Shown here in pieces: positions 12,493 through 25,306 of a stretch of DNA of 64,000 nt. The stretch is from Eledone cirrhosa. Its lineage: Eukaryota. Where the stretch lies: positions 96,720,001 to 96,784,000 of the forward strand of contig OZ024746.1 in assembly GCA_964016885.1 (NCBI GenBank). The letters run 5' to 3'. Both the position numbers and the translations under genes were made by a program. Each line of letters starts with the position of its first letter. The stretch's first letter is position 1. The notes beneath the pieces were generated by a model, which was given only the letters and a program-made list of their open reading frames with translations, had not been told where the DNA came from and did not search any database.

Positions 12493-14354
12493 CGCAACTA
12501 ATCAGAGAGAGAATTGATCTAGATGAAATGCAGTTTGGGTTTGTGTCAGGCAAAAGTACGACTGATGCTCTTTTCATTGTACGACAACTACAGGAGAAGT
12601 ACCTAGCTAAAAGTAAACCCCTATACTTAGTTTTTGTCGACTTGGAGAAAGCCTTCGACAGAGTCCCCCGTTCCATTATCTGGTGGGCTCTTAGAAAACT
12701 AGGTGTTGACGAATGGCTTGTGAGAGCCATACAAGCCATGTATAAAGAAACAGTCAGCAAGGTTAGAATTAACAACGAATATAGTGAAGAGTTTAGTGTA
12801 AAAGTTGGCGTCCATCAGGGCTCTGTTCTTAGCCCCCTACTATTTATTATTGCCCTTCAGGCTATAACAGAGGAGTTCAAGACCGGTTGCCTATGGGAAC
12901 TCCTATACGCAGATGATCTAACGCTCATAGCTGAATCAATGGCCGAGCTAGAGAAGAAATTCCAAACATGGAAGCACGGCCTAGAATCAAAAGGCCTTAA
13001 AATTAACCTGGCTAAGACTAAAGTTCTAGTTTGTAGGAAAGAAAATAAGGCGCCGGTCCCCTCCGGGAAATGGCCATGCTCAGTGTGTAGGAAAGGCGTA
13101 GGTAGAAACTCCATTTTATGTCCCAAATGCAAAGTATGGGTGCATAAAAGATGTAGTGGGATCACAGGTAAGCTAACTAAGAACACAGATTTTACATGTG
13201 GCCGGTGCTCTGGTGCAATAAGTAGCAGCAAGTGCCCACAAAATACTAACTCTTTCAATTGCACAGAGGGTTCTATAGAAATAGTGGACAGCTTCCGTTA
13301 CCTGGGTGACAAAATCAGCAGTGGGGGAGGGTGCTCTGAAAGTACAGTAGCTAGAGTCAGAACTGGATGGAAAAAGTTCAGAGAGCTTATACCACTATTA
13401 GCCGCTAAAGGGTTCTCCCTAAAAATGAAAGGCAGGTTGTATGATGCCTGCATACGAACAGCAATGTTGCATGGCAGTGAGACCTGGGCATTGTGTGCAG
13501 AGGATATACGCAGACTAGAGAGGAACGAAGCTTGCATGCTCCGCTGGATGTGTAATAGTAATATACGTGAACGGCAAAGCATAAACGAACTAAGGAAAAA
13601 ATTAGAAATAAGAGGGATCAGATGTTGTTTACTCGAGAGAAGGCTACGTCGGTATGGTCACGTGATGCGCATGAAAGACGACAGCTGTATAACAAAGTGC
13701 AGGGCGATCAAAATTGATGGAAGTTACGGAGTAGGTAGACCCAGGAAAACCTGGGACGAGCTGATAAATTCCGACCTCACACACTTACACCTCTCCAAGA
13801 CAATGTCACTGGACCGAGACCTTTGGCGGTACTCAGTAACAGAGAAGACCCGCCTTACCTAAATACAAAGTAAAACCTACTAGTCAGTAGGCATCTCTAA
13901 CAAAATACCCCCCGTCCCACCCCATCCACACCGCCCCCTTCAATGCAAAGTTATGTTGGTGCCACAACATCCAGGCCGAAACAAATGAGATCGTGTAGGT
14001 GTCACGACAAAAAACACACAGTCCACGCTGTAATGTGGCCGTGTAGGCAACACGGTAAAAACCTCCCAGTCCCACACTGTAAATGTGGTTGGTGTTAGGA
14101 AGGGCATCCAGCTGTAGAAAACATGCCAGACAGTCCACGCTGTAATGTGGCCGTGTAGGCAACACGGTAAAAACCTTCCAGCCCCACACTGTAAATGTGG
14201 TTGGTGTTAGGAAGGGCATCCAGCTGTAGAAAACCCGCCAGACAGTCCTATGCGAGCAAGACAACCACTCTTGCCTCAAGTGGGAAAACCCCCGTCCAAA
14301 CCCATGCAAGCGTGGAACAGGGACGTTAAACGATGATGATGATGATGATGATGA
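12493..14354 (+). mobile_element. 5'-truncated RTE LINE family B (RT to 3' tail)
   Basis: Uninterrupted ORF, 3'UTR with internal duplication, (gat)n tail, candidate 24-bp TSD at 12163-12186/14368-14391. Confidence 0.95.
12528..13862 (+). CDS. RTE retrotransposon ORF fragment: reverse transcriptase, internal PHD-type zinc finger and C-terminal domain
   Basis: QFGF, FVDLEKAFD, GVHQGSVLSPLLF, YADD, FRYLG motifs; C4HC3 finger at 13077-13208; endonuclease domain absent (5' truncated). Confidence 0.93.
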   Translation: MQFGFVSGKSTTDALFIVRQLQEKYLAKSKPLYLVFVDLEKAFDRVPRSIIWWALRKLGVDEWLVRAIQAMYKETVSKVRINNEYSEEFSVKVGVHQGSVLSPLLFIIALQAITEEFKTGCLWELLYADDLTLIAESMAELEKKFQTWKHGLESKGLKINLAKTKVLVCRKENKAPVPSGKWPCSVCRKGVGRNSILCPKCKVWVHKRCSGITGKLTKNTDFTCGRCSGAISSSKCPQNTNSFNCTEGSIEIVDSFRYLGDKISSGGGCSESTVARVRTGWKKFRELIPLLAAKGFSLKMKGRLYDACIRTAMLHGSETWALCAEDIRRLERNEACMLRWMCNSNIRERQSINELRKKLEIRGIRCCLLERRLRRYGHVMRMKDDSCITKCRAIKIDGSYGVGRPRKTWDELINSDLTHLHLSKTMSLDRDLWRYSVTEKTRLT

Positions 14355-16058
14355 TATATATGACATATATAATATATATATTGCCAAAAGAATGACTGAA
14401 AACAACTCAAAGATATTACTATTGTTTGTATCCAATGATATCCAAATGTAAAGAATTTTTAGAGCTTTTTCAAACTTTCAATTTTTTTGTTTTCTTCCCA
14501 TTCAAATTAAGCCAAATCAAACCAGGAAAATTTACCCAGTTTGGACACCAACAGAATTGACTGACTGATAGCTCTTTCTCAGTTTGGTGGGTGATGGGGC
14601 ATGGACGTTTTTAATTGGTGGAAGGATCAATCTGGTTGGTTCTGATAACAAACGAGGCTCAAACCTGCTAATTAATTAGAAAAAGAGCATAACATCAACA
14701 ATGTTTAATAATGATTTCTACTTTAGGCACAAGGCCAGCAATTTGAAGGGGAGAGGAAAGTCGATTAAATCAATGCCAGTGCATTACTGGTGTTTTTTTT
14801 ATCGACCCTGTAAGGATGAAAGGCAAACCTAACCTCGGCAAGATTTGATCTCAGAACGTACAGGGCAATAACTCTATGCCACTAAGCATATTGTCAGATT
14901 CTCGACCGATTCTGCCAATCAACTGCCAATGCTTAATAATAGGCCTTATAGGCATTCTTCAATTGCTTGCAGCAGTGGGCTATATCAATCTAAAGTTCAT
15001 CTTTAGAACTCAGATCAGCTGAGTTTTTTATTCCATTGTCAGGATGTAGTATCAGAGTTCTTCTTCTTCTTCACCCACTTATTCCTTCAAACACTCCCTC
15101 CAGTTAGCCCTGTCAGAAGCAACTGTCTCCAGCTGATCTGGTTGGATCCCTAAGCATGACCAGCCAAACTCATGGATGTTATCCAACCATCTTGCTCTGG
15201 GTCTCCTCCAGTTGGTTTTTCCCGTAAAATCTGTCCAACGATTCTTTCTTGAGATATTCTAACCACATGCCCATAGTATCGGAGCTGTCATCTCTCAATT
15301 TGGAGAAGAAGCAGAGTTGAAATACAAATTCATCAATACAATTACTGACCAATCGATGCTCCACCAACTTTTCTTAGTTTAACCCTTTAGCATTTAAACC
15401 AGCCATATCCGGCAAGAACTCTCTCACCTCTTTCTATTCAAACTGGCCATAACTGGCTGCTCACACTTATGTTAAGGTATTGTTCTCAAAATAAATAATA
15501 TCAAAATCTCGTAGATTCGATATTATATGAGATAAAGTGTTTACCATGAAAATACAATAGTATATATAGAATAATGGAAATGCTAAAGGATCAAATTATA
15601 TGTATAAGTATCTAATTGGACAAGGAACAGTAAATTTCTATTTCGACACAATGAAGCACAATAAAGTGTAGAATTGAAGTGAGGATGTATCAATAATAAC
15701 ACTGAATGTAATTCTGTGGTAACAGAAAGAATTGTCTACTCCTCAAACCTTCAGACTTTACTTTGAACCTGTTTGATAGAATTGTGTACCCCTGTTTAGT
15801 AGCAGCATAATATATAGGCAAAAACCACGAACACACTTGAAACACAAGATTGCAATATGATTGGCTCTCGTTAAATAATTAAACAATTACACAGCACTTG
15901 TTAGATAACACTCAATACGAGCTCAATACATGACAAGCTTCTATGCTGAAATAATCTGATTTAGTAATATATGGTTGTTTTAATAACATGACATTTATTA
16001 ATAGCAAAAATGTTATTTTCATATCAAATTTTCATGCAATTTGTTTTTAATCAGTGGT

Positions 16059-16259
16059 TCATAATTTTAAGGGACCACATGGTAAAGTGCAACTGAGCTT
16101 CCTAATTCCAGTTCCCTAGTGGATATATTAGCATATAAATAGGTATGGTTCTGACATACTAAAAACTTAGTCATAATTTTAAGAGACCACATGGTAAAGT
16201 GCAACTGGGGTCCCTGATTCCAGCTCCCTAGTGGATATATTAGCATATAAATGGGTATG
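16059..16259. repeat. Direct tandem duplication, period about 112 bp
   Basis: tcataattttaag(g/a)gaccacatggtaaagtgcaactg...tagtggatatattagcatataaat occurs twice. Confidence 0.85.
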
Positions 16260-16719
16260 CTTTATCTCCAAAACTAGACATGTTCAAGTAAACCTGGTCA
16301 TATATTTGGAATCGAATCAGTGCAGCAAATATACTCAAGAATATGTCTAACCTCCAAGACAACATCATTTTCTTTTTCTTGGCCGATGTTGTTATTAATA
16401 AAAGAAACAAAGAGAAAGAAATGTACCTTTGATCTTCAAATAATCAATACTTTTACTCCTCTATAGTTGACTCTCTCACTCTTTCATTGGTTTCAGTCAT
16501 TGGTTATGGGGACATAAACCTACACACCAAACATAGCTAACAATACCACCGACACAATGGGATTCAGAATAAAGGCCTATCTTGGAGAAAATAAGCAAGT
16601 ACTAATGAACTGTAATGACAGTGAAATGCATGCATCCATTGCTCTCAACCCAATGCTGTGGTAGCTGTGACATGATTACAGTTTAATATATTCACATATA
16701 GACTAAATCTAATATGATT

Positions 16720-17322
16720 GCGAATACAAGCAGCCAAAATGGGGCTCCCCCGAAGAGTCTTTGGAGTAATGTTACTCAATAAAGTGAGTAGCTCAGAGAT
16801 CAGAGAGTCGCCCCAGGTAGAGTCACTACTTCTCTGAATTGAGAGATCACAGCTCCAATACTATGGGCATGGGGTTAGATGGACAGATTTTATGAGCAAA
16901 ACCAACTGGCAGGAGACCCAGGAGTAGACCCTTAGCAAGATGGTTCGATAACATCTATGAGGTTGGTTGGTCATGCATGGGAATCAAGCCAGATCAGTTG
17001 ATGACGGTTGCTTCTGACAGGAACTCTTGGAAGGAGTGTCTGAGGACTCTGCCCTCCACGACCCCTCTCAGGAATAAGTGGGTGAAGAAGGAGAAGCAGA
17101 AGACTAAATCTATGTTTATTATACATAAAACATAGATTTATTCGCAGTAGAGGTAGACCAAGAAAGACTTGGGCAGAGGTTGTGAGAGCTGACCTCAAAT
17201 TACTGAGACTCATAGAGGAGATGGCAAAGGATCGCGACGTGTGGAGTGATGCGGTGCTGAGAAGGATCCATCCAACCCATGCTGGCATGGAAAAGCAGAC
17301 GTAAAAACCATAATGATGATGA
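16720..17322 (+). mobile_element. Rex3/Expander-like RTE 3' end followed by another short RTE 3' end
   Basis: Homology to 37830-38260 and to 8070-8257 respectively. Confidence 0.75.
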
Positions 17323-17849
17323 AACAGAGACAGTGGAGGATTGTCAGTATCATTAAAGCATTGGGTAAAATGTTTTGCAGCATTTTATTACAACTGAGTT
17401 CATTCTGAGGTCGATAAGATAAAATACCAGTTAAGTACTGGGATTGAACAATCTTTGCTCTTCCCCCAAACTGCTGGTCTTGTGCGAATGTCAGAAAGCC
17501 TAGCCTAGCCTCATCCCATCCTCACATCTAAGGATCAGGGGTCATGGATTTATGAACCAACACTCTCCATATTTCCCTATCTCTTGCTATTGCCGAACAT
17601 TCTTCCAAACCCCTTCCTGTCCATTCCTTATGTCAGAAAGAATTATACATAAAGATAGTGTAAATGGGTTCATTGGCATCTTTATTGTGAATCACACTGT
17701 GCAAGTACTACTGCTAATAAATACATTGATTGTCAGGAAATGTTACTTGCAATAGATTGGTGTCCTATACAGGAGGAGAAATACCTTTCACATGCTGATA
17801 CTTTCAGGAGGAAACCCTTGGCTTTTATTAGCATAATCAGAAGAATTAT

Positions 17850-18185
17850 ACATCATCGTCATCATTATCACCACCACCACCACCACCACCACCGCCACTG
17901 CCACTGCCACCACCACCACTGCCACTACCATCACCACCACTGCCACTACTACCATCACCACCACCACCACAACCACTACCACCACCACCACTGCCACTAC
18001 CATCACTACCACCACAACCACTACCACCACCACCATCATTGTCACCACCACTGCCACTACCATCACTACCACAACCACTACCACCACCACTGCCACTACC
18101 ACCACCACCACTGTCACTACCACCACCACCATCATTGTCGGCACCACTGCCACTACCATCACTACCACAACCACCACCACCACCA
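17850..18185. repeat. Imperfect (CAC/CAT/TAC)n trinucleotide repeat
   Basis: Directly visible; explains the His-, Val- and Gly-rich ORFs. Confidence 0.95.
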
Positions 18186-19520
18186 TATGTTTTCCAATTT
18201 GACATAGATTGGACAGGTTGTCATGTTCTGAGACAAGATAGCTCAGAGGACCACATCTTGCACACACATTCCAGTTTTGGCATAGTTTCTTAGTTTCTAC
18301 AGCTATATAACTTTCTTAATGCTAACCACTTTACAAAGTGTACTAGCTACATTTTATAGTAACACCAACATTACTACTTTACAGACAGTAATATTTAATA
18401 AGAATTTAGTTTTTTGCTTTAACATAGCAGATACATAAATGCAATTTGGAGTTTTATATTGAATTATAATGATTTCTCATATAGGCAGAAGGCCAGCAAT
18501 TTTGGGGGAGGGGAAAGTCGATTAAATCAACCCCAGTGTATTACTGGTGCTTTATTTTATCGACCCCGTAAGGATGAAAGGCATAGTTAAACTCAGCGAG
18601 ATTTGAACTCAGACTGTAAAGGACCATAACTCTATGCTGCAAAGCATGGCGTCTGGCCCTCTGCCGATACTGCCAATCCACCATTTATATAAAATAATAA
18701 TAATATTCGATTCGTTTGCTAACAAACAGCCTCATTACGCTGTTTTATAGATGACCATTGTTGTCCTTTTGTTCTAGCGGTGACAGAGAGAAACAATCGA
18801 CAATATTGTTGTTTCTGGGTTATTGCCCTTTGTCAAGATTGTGTATCTCTCTCCTGTCACTCACTAGAACTCTTGAAACTATCTAGTATTCTCTTAAGTC
18901 GGTTGTTTCTCTCTGTCACTGCTAGAACAAAAGGAGGACAATGGTCATCTAAAACACATAGCATAATGAGGCTGTTAGCTTGCTAACGAATCAAATATCA
19001 TTATTAATATAAAACTCACAATTGCCCAGACTTGTGCCTCAGAGGGAACTGTCTAGGTACAAATCCCATGGTCATTCATGACCGAAGGGGGTCTTTACTG
19101 TATATATATATATATATATACTAGAATTTATTCAATACACTGACGCATGTATGAGTATATTATTATAAACGCACAAACACAAATACACTTACAAAAATAA
19201 TTCGCTCAAATTTATATATAGATTGTACACAAAAGTGTAGTGAATGTTAGATGCTGTTTTCTGTAGTTTGTCAACACCCCTTCCTTCCTCAGTCATCTCT
19301 AGTGTGTGACAGATGGAAGTCGCTCAAATTTATATATATATATATATATAATTATGTAATAAACAACATAAGACAATTATTCCATTTACCAAAGATTTCA
19401 CGAAGACAGGAGAGCTCATGCTAAATGGAATAATTGTCTTATGTTGTTTATTACATAATTAAATAGCTCTGTAGCATACATAGAGCACTCTCCCTTCCTT
19501 TACCCTTCCTATGGAAATAC

Positions 19521-19568
<48 letters not shown>

Positions 19569-19737
19569 CGTTATTTTATTTCAGCCTCACTTTCATTTAT
19601 CCTAAACTCTGTTTTCAAATCCATATCACATTCAATAATAAATATTTTTTCTGATGAATGAAGACGGACATAGTGTCAAGCTCTTCAAGAAACCACTAGT
19701 AAATGAATTAATTATATTATGTTGTTTATTACATAAC

Positions 19738-19768
<31 letters not shown>

Positions 19769-20334
19769 GTATATATTTATATTTATATATGTATATGTTG
19801 GAGTTATCCCAGTTTCCTGAGTTGCCTTTTCTCTTCTTCTTTTCGGATTATAGCTACTGTTGCTCAGAGAGTGGGATTGGCTCAGTGCACAGTCTTTCCT
19901 CACTTTAAAAAAATCTTCACGCACAGGCATTGCACGATAGCATTAATTGATAATTATTAATAATGTTATATCGTGCAATAGCCATACTCGATATTGAGGG
20001 GGGCAGCCATCATATATCATCATCATCATCATCATCGTTTAACGTCCATCTTCCACGCTAGCTTGGGTCATATATATATATACATATATATATATAACCT
20101 GACATCCATCACCCCATACCAGTAAATGGAGCAGGCTGGTTGTTGTTTAACTGAGATGGCTGGGGTATGACTTTGAAAGACATGTTTGAATCTAATTTAT
20201 GCCTCATGCAGTACGAAGTTGTGAAGAAATGACTTCAAGAAACTGAACTTCACAAAGGAGCTGACTGTTGGTATGCCATAATACAAAAGACCCATCCACC
20301 AGTAGAACTATTTTGACACTATGATATCTACATG

Positions 20335-20624
20335 TAGAGGTATAACTAGGGAAAATAGCCCCTGTGGCAGGCAGTGAAATTGTGCCTCTGCTCAGCACTG
20401 TATTTTTACCTATGGGCCTTAATAATTTCTATAAATGGTTTAATGATCCAGCCACCATAGTGTTCTCACCCATGATAGAGACAGATCATACATCTGAAGG
20501 AGTTTATTTTTTCACTCTTTGCCAAGGCTTATTTGACTTTAATAGAACGTGCTCCTAGTCCAAGTGGCACCCACTTCATGTGACGCTCATGTGGCATGCT
20601 TGCCATACCCTAGTTAGGTCTCTA
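20335..20624 (-). mobile_element. hAT-superfamily MITE
   Basis: TIR tagaggtataactagg / cctagttaggtctcta; exact 8-bp TSD tctacatg (20327-20334, 20625-20632). Confidence 0.88.
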
Positions 20625-21566
20625 TCTACATGTGATGTGCGATGTTGCGTGGTAGTGAGGTGTAGGTAGTGAATGCAGAGGATTTGAAAAGCTGAAGAGA
20701 AATAAAGTGACATTGCTTCAATTGAAGAGCAATGTTAATGTGTATGAACAATGAAGAATGGATGAGCTGAGAGAAAAATTTCATAGAAGAAGAATGAGAT
20801 GTAATGTGCCAGCTGGTATGGACATGTGTATGGATGATGACTGTTGGGTCAAGACGGGATAAGAAATCCCAGTGGGAGGAAGCTGGTGAGAGCTGATTTC
20901 AAATTGCTGAAGCTCAAGGAGTAGATGATGAAGGAACGCAATGATGATGATCATGGTGGTGCTGGTTGTGGTGGTTGTAGTGGTGATGATGATGATGGTG
21001 GTTGTGGCAATGATGAGAGACTAGAGGCTAAAATGTTTGGCAATTGAAATCAAATGAAGATGACAGGTAATAATTATTTCTACTTTTGACATAAGCCAGC
21101 AATTACCCAGTGTATTACTGGTGCTTTATTTTATTGAACCTGTAAGGATGAAAGGGAAAGTTAACCTCAGCGGGATTTGAACTCAGAACGTAAAGGGCCA
21201 TAACTCTATGCTGCAAAGCATGGTGTCTGACGCTCTACTCTTTATGTTCTGAGTTCAAATCCTGCTGAGGTTAACTTTGCCTTTCACTCTTACAGGGTCA
21301 ATAAAATAAAATACCAGTCATGCACTGGGGTATTTGCTGGCCTTGTGCTAAAAGTAGAAACATTTATTACCAACAGGTTTGTTTTCGTGTTCTGTTCTCA
21401 CAAACGTTCACCATGTTTAGTTTTGTGGTATGACTTCATCAGTACATGGAACAAAAATAACTGATGAAAATAGATGATGAGAAATTTACAAACAAAAATT
21501 GCAAATTGGATTTAGGAGAAAAACAGTTAGATTAACAAAAGTAGGAATTACCATTTCTATGTTTAA

Positions 21567-21977
21567 CTCCTTTCATTCTAACCTGGTCAAAACTGGCTCT
21601 GGTTCTATGAAAGAGATTTTAACCCTTTGCCATTTACTTTACTCTATATATACTATTATATTTTCACATAATTATCTCACATAATATTGAAGCTATGAGA
21701 TTTTGATATTATTTATTTTGAGAACAATACCTTAACATCAGTATAAGCAGATGGTTACAGCCAGTTTGAACAGAAAGAGGTGAAGAGGCCAGATACAGCT
21801 GGTTTAAATGCCAAAGGGTTAAATTAAAACCCTCCAACATAATTTTATATAAGAACTATATGTTAATTAACTATATTAATAATGAAATAATTAACAATTT
21901 TAGTAAATCTGTCAACATTTTTCATTAATTAATTGAAATAGAGAGTATGTTCATTAGAAATATTGGTCACAAGAGGG
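21567..21977 (+). mobile_element. TTAA MITE family 2 containing a nested family 1 MITE (21623-21818); second copy 22399-22798 contains a nested TA-flanked Tigger-like MITE (22527-22696)
   Basis: TTAA-flanked termini ending ggg; both copies share ccaaa-c-ggctctgg-ttctatg and tcattaatta...gaaatgtggtca. Confidence 0.75.
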
Positions 21978-23144
21978 TTAAGAGCCATATATTAAATTAT
22001 TATCTTTGTAATTAAATAATTAATACATTTTGTAAATCTGTCAAAATTCTTCATTAATTAATTGAAATCCATTTCATTAGAAATGTGGTCACAAAAAGTG
22101 GAATAGAATTTTTTTGTCTTTAATTTTTTCAACAAATTTTGATATTTACATTCTAGTTTTGGAAATTTTTCTTTTACAAATGCTTTCCTATTCTAGCTGA
22201 GCACTCAACTAAAAATACCATCATATGAGTGGGTGCTATATCGTAGATAGGAAGACATATGCAGGGAATATAAGACAATGTGCAGAGACTGGATTAGAAC
22301 ATAATTAGTAAATACTGCAAAACCTTTTGTCTGGTGTTCTAACAATTCTACTAAACTATCACTCTTACTTTAGTTCTTAACAGTGTGTAATGATTTAACC
22401 TTTTATTTACCAACTCGGCCAAACCAGCTCTGGGGTTCTATGGAATAAAACCACTCATTTTAAAGGTTTCCAATTTAAATTAAAATCTTCCAAAATAATT
22501 TTATATAAGAACCTTACATTAAGTTACTGCATTGCCTGGTGCCGAAGACGCTTCGTCCTCGAGGACCCACCCTAATTTTGACAACCAAAAATTTGAAAAA
22601 AAAAATAATAAACAACCTTCGGCCTCCAGGACACACGGTAGATTTTTGAGACTTATTTTAGAAAAAAAGTAGAGTCTTTAACGCCAGGTAATACGGTACT
22701 ATCTTGGTAATGAATAATTAATAATTTTAGTAAATCCCTCAAAATTTTTCATTAATTAAAACAGAGCGTATTTCATAAGAAATGTGGTCATGAAAGGGTT
22801 AATAGAAAATATCTAAAAATAGGATTGCTAATTCAAGTGTTTATAGTATCTTTACGAGTGGACAGATTGTTGTAAAAATTTGCAATAAACTAAAGGTTAT
22901 AATTTTCAATGTGATACAGTCATAAGTGCTGTTTTGTACCATTCAAAAATGTCTTGCTGATGTAGTTTCAAGCATCCATGCATGACCTTGTGTGCTGCAA
23001 GCAGCACATTGAGCCGGTGCATATCCCAGTTTCATGACATGAAGCAACTGAAAGTACAAGACTCATCCCCGGACAGGACGCTAGTCCATTGCAAGGTTAA
23101 AGCTCCAGCTATTGCTGGAACTCATTTTCAGCTGAGTATACTGG

Positions 23145-24625
23145 AAGAACATTTTATTATAGCATCAACACTACTACTTCACAAGGTGGACTGGATACTT
23201 TTATTATAGAACCAGCACTACTACTTTACAGGATGGACTGGGTACATTTTACCATAGCACCAGTATTACCACTTTACAGAGTGAACTGGGTACATTTTAT
23301 CATAGCACCAGCACAACCATGTTACAGAGTGGACTGAGTACATTTTATCATAGCACCAGCACTACCACTTTACAGGGTGGACTGAATACATTTTATCATA
23401 GCACCAGTATTACCACTTTACAGAGTGAACTGAGTACATTTTATCATAGCACCAGTATTACCACTTTACAGGGTTGTCTGAGTACATTTTACCATAGCAC
23501 CAGTATTACCACTTTACAGGGTGGACTGGGTACATTTTATCATAGCACCAGCACTACCACTTTACAGAGTGGACTGGGTACATTTTATCATAGCACCAGC
23601 ACAACCATGTTACAGAGTGGACTGGGTACATTTTATCATAGCACCAGTATTACCACTTTACAGGGTGGACTGAGTACATTTTATCATAGCAACAGTATTA
23701 CCACTTTACAGGGTGGACTGTGTACATTTTATCATAGCACCAGTTTTACCACTTTACAGAGTGGACTGGGTACATTTTATCATAGCACCAGCACAACCAC
23801 TTTACAGGGTGGACTGTGTACATTTTACCATAGCACCAGTATTACCACTTTACAGGGTGGACTGTGTACATTTTACCATAGCACCAGTATTACCACTTTA
23901 CAGGGTGGACTGTGTACATTTTACCATAGCACCAGTATTACCACTTTACAGGGTGGACTGTGTACATTTTACCATAGCACCAGTATTACCACTTTACAGG
24001 GTGGACTGTGTACATTTTACCATAGCACCAGTATTACCACTTTACAGGGTTGTCTGAGTACATTTTACCATAGCACCAGTATTACCACTTTACAGGGTGG
24101 ACTGTGTACATTTTACCATAGCACCAGTATTACCACTTTACAGGGTGGACTGTGTACATTTTACCATAGCACCAGTATTACCACTTTACAGGGTGGACTG
24201 TGTACATTTTATCATAGCACCAGTATTACCACTTTACAGGGTGGACTGTGTACATTTTACCATAGCACCAGTATTACCACTTTACAGGGTGGACTGTGTA
24301 CATTTTACCATAGCACCAGTATTACCACTTTACAGGGTGGACTGTGTACATTTTACCATAGCACCAGTATTACCACTTTATAGGGTGGACTGTGTACATT
24401 TTACCATAGCACCAGTATTACCACTTTACAGGGTGGACTGTGTACATTTTACCATAGCACCAGTATTACCACTTTACAGGGTGGACTGGGTACATTTTAC
24501 CATAGCACCAGTATTACCACTTTACAGGGTGGACTGTGTACATTTTACCATAGCACCAGTATTACCACTTTACAGGGTGGACTGGGTACATTTTACCATA
24601 GCACCAGTATTACCACTTTACAGGG
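23145..24625. repeat. 48-bp minisatellite, about 30 copies
   Basis: Unit cagggtggactgtgtacattttaccatagcaccagtattaccacttta; gives the 16-aa periodic ORFs. Confidence 0.97.
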
Positions 24626-25138
24626 TCTGCTGAACCTTTAACAGTGAGAAAGTTAGTTATGTTGCTAAATCTCTCAAAATTCTTGATTATTTTCAAAACT
24701 AGGAATGTTTTCAACATGATGACGCGTATGTATATATGTGTGTGTATGTGCATATGCATACATTTATATGTATGAGTATATAAATATAAACATGCAAACA
24801 CATACACAGTTACAATAATACACTCAGACAAACACACACATACATTTACACAGGCAGCAGACGTAAAGAGAGGGGAGTAGTTTGAGGTAGCCAAAATACT
24901 CCTCTCTCTTTACGTGTTGTGACAGAATCACAGAAATTTATATATAGATGATTTGAAAATCATAAGCAGTGTCTTTCATTAGAAATAGAGAAACGAAGGA
25001 GTTAACTATAGTTTGTACATGGTTTTATAGCATTAAACTTTTTCTTGACTATATTTCTAATCAGTAGACTGCCTATGTATTTCAATTTTCAATATAATCA
25101 AGATTTAGGAGGGGTTTAGTAACATGTTAATTTATATG

Positions 25139-25306
25139 CAGTGAAATTCTGTTTAACAAAATTCATGGGGTATAAAAGAAAATTTGTTATAATGAAAAAT
25201 TCTTTATAACGAGATCGACTGAAACAAATCAAGCATTTGGGATTGAAAAACAGTTCGTTATACTGAAAAATTCATTATGATATTAATTATAATGGAATTT
25301 TACCTG
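25139..25306 (+). mobile_element. Tigger/pogo-like MITE (partial copy ~35909-36020)
   Basis: cagt(g/a)aaattc...gaattttacctg|ta termini; ttataacga internal repeats. Confidence 0.6.

Noticed and set aside
14580-14645. MDVFNWWKDQ peptide resembling the hAT dimerisation motif
   Set aside because: Too short and unsupported by flanking transposase sequence
17740-18293. His-rich, Val-rich and Gly-rich ORFs
   Set aside because: All frames are open simply because of a (CAC)n repeat; no splice or homology support
23319-24633. 354-aa repetitive protein or CRISPR-like array
   Set aside because: Head-to-tail 48-bp units with no unique spacers and no cas genes; derived from an RTE 3'UTR
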